The translations under genes were made by a program, and so were the position numbers. From a virus (taxonomy: Duplodnaviria; Caudoviricetes): a stretch of DNA of 64,000 bases. The stretch is taken from positions 19,713 through 83,712 of the IMG/VR virus record IMGVR_UViG_3300020050_014713; one strand, written 5' to 3'. This document shows, piece by piece, positions 63,965-64,000 of this stretch; the first letter of the stretch is position 1; every line of letters starts with the position of its first letter. The notes under the pieces are model-generated. The model saw only the letters and a program-made list of their open reading frames with translations, made no database searches and was not told the origin of the DNA.

Positions 63965-64000
63965 TTTTAACTCTTGTTAGTGCTCCTAATATTATCTCCA

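Noticed and set aside
1-64000. CRISPR array, IS element or stop-codon recoding
   Set aside because: No regularly spaced repeats or transposase were seen; long genes are intact in the standard code and end in TAA, TAG and TGA; the only tRNA found is not a suppressor.

Overview
This window is most of a tailed dsDNA bacteriophage genome, AT-rich and probably podovirus-like, since it has a P22/T7-type portal, adaptor, nozzle and ejection proteins but no tape measure. Layout: (i) 1-2200, a short tyrosine recombinase (+) whose stop codon abuts a convergent tRNA-Ile(UAU), followed by small minus-strand ORFs; (ii) about 1930-2680, a non-coding stretch with a G10 tract; (iii) 2682-27271, about 70 tightly packed minus-strand early/middle genes. 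These include a pyrimidine-dimer glycosylase-like protein, a 2OG-Fe(II) oxygenase, two metallophosphoesterases, a P-loop kinase, an IMPDH/GMPR, SLOG, deaminase, HNH, Macro, class II RNR, HU-like and M15 peptidase genes, plus a promoter-driven, roughly 200-nt structured RNA at 14006-14205; (iv) 27424-60516, a plus-strand virion module (terminase, portal, scaffold, capsid, tail fibres, adaptor, nozzle, ejection proteins); (v) 60478-63964, more minus-strand genes. No DNA polymerase, primase or helicase is visible, so the genome probably continues beyond the window. The most unusual signals are two putative ejection proteins that each end in a compact Hint (Hedgehog/intein) domain and flank a pair of GNAT genes, the structured ncRNA or leader, and a recurring TTTCTAACTAT motif upstream of late genes. 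All product calls come from motif recognition by eye, not database searches.
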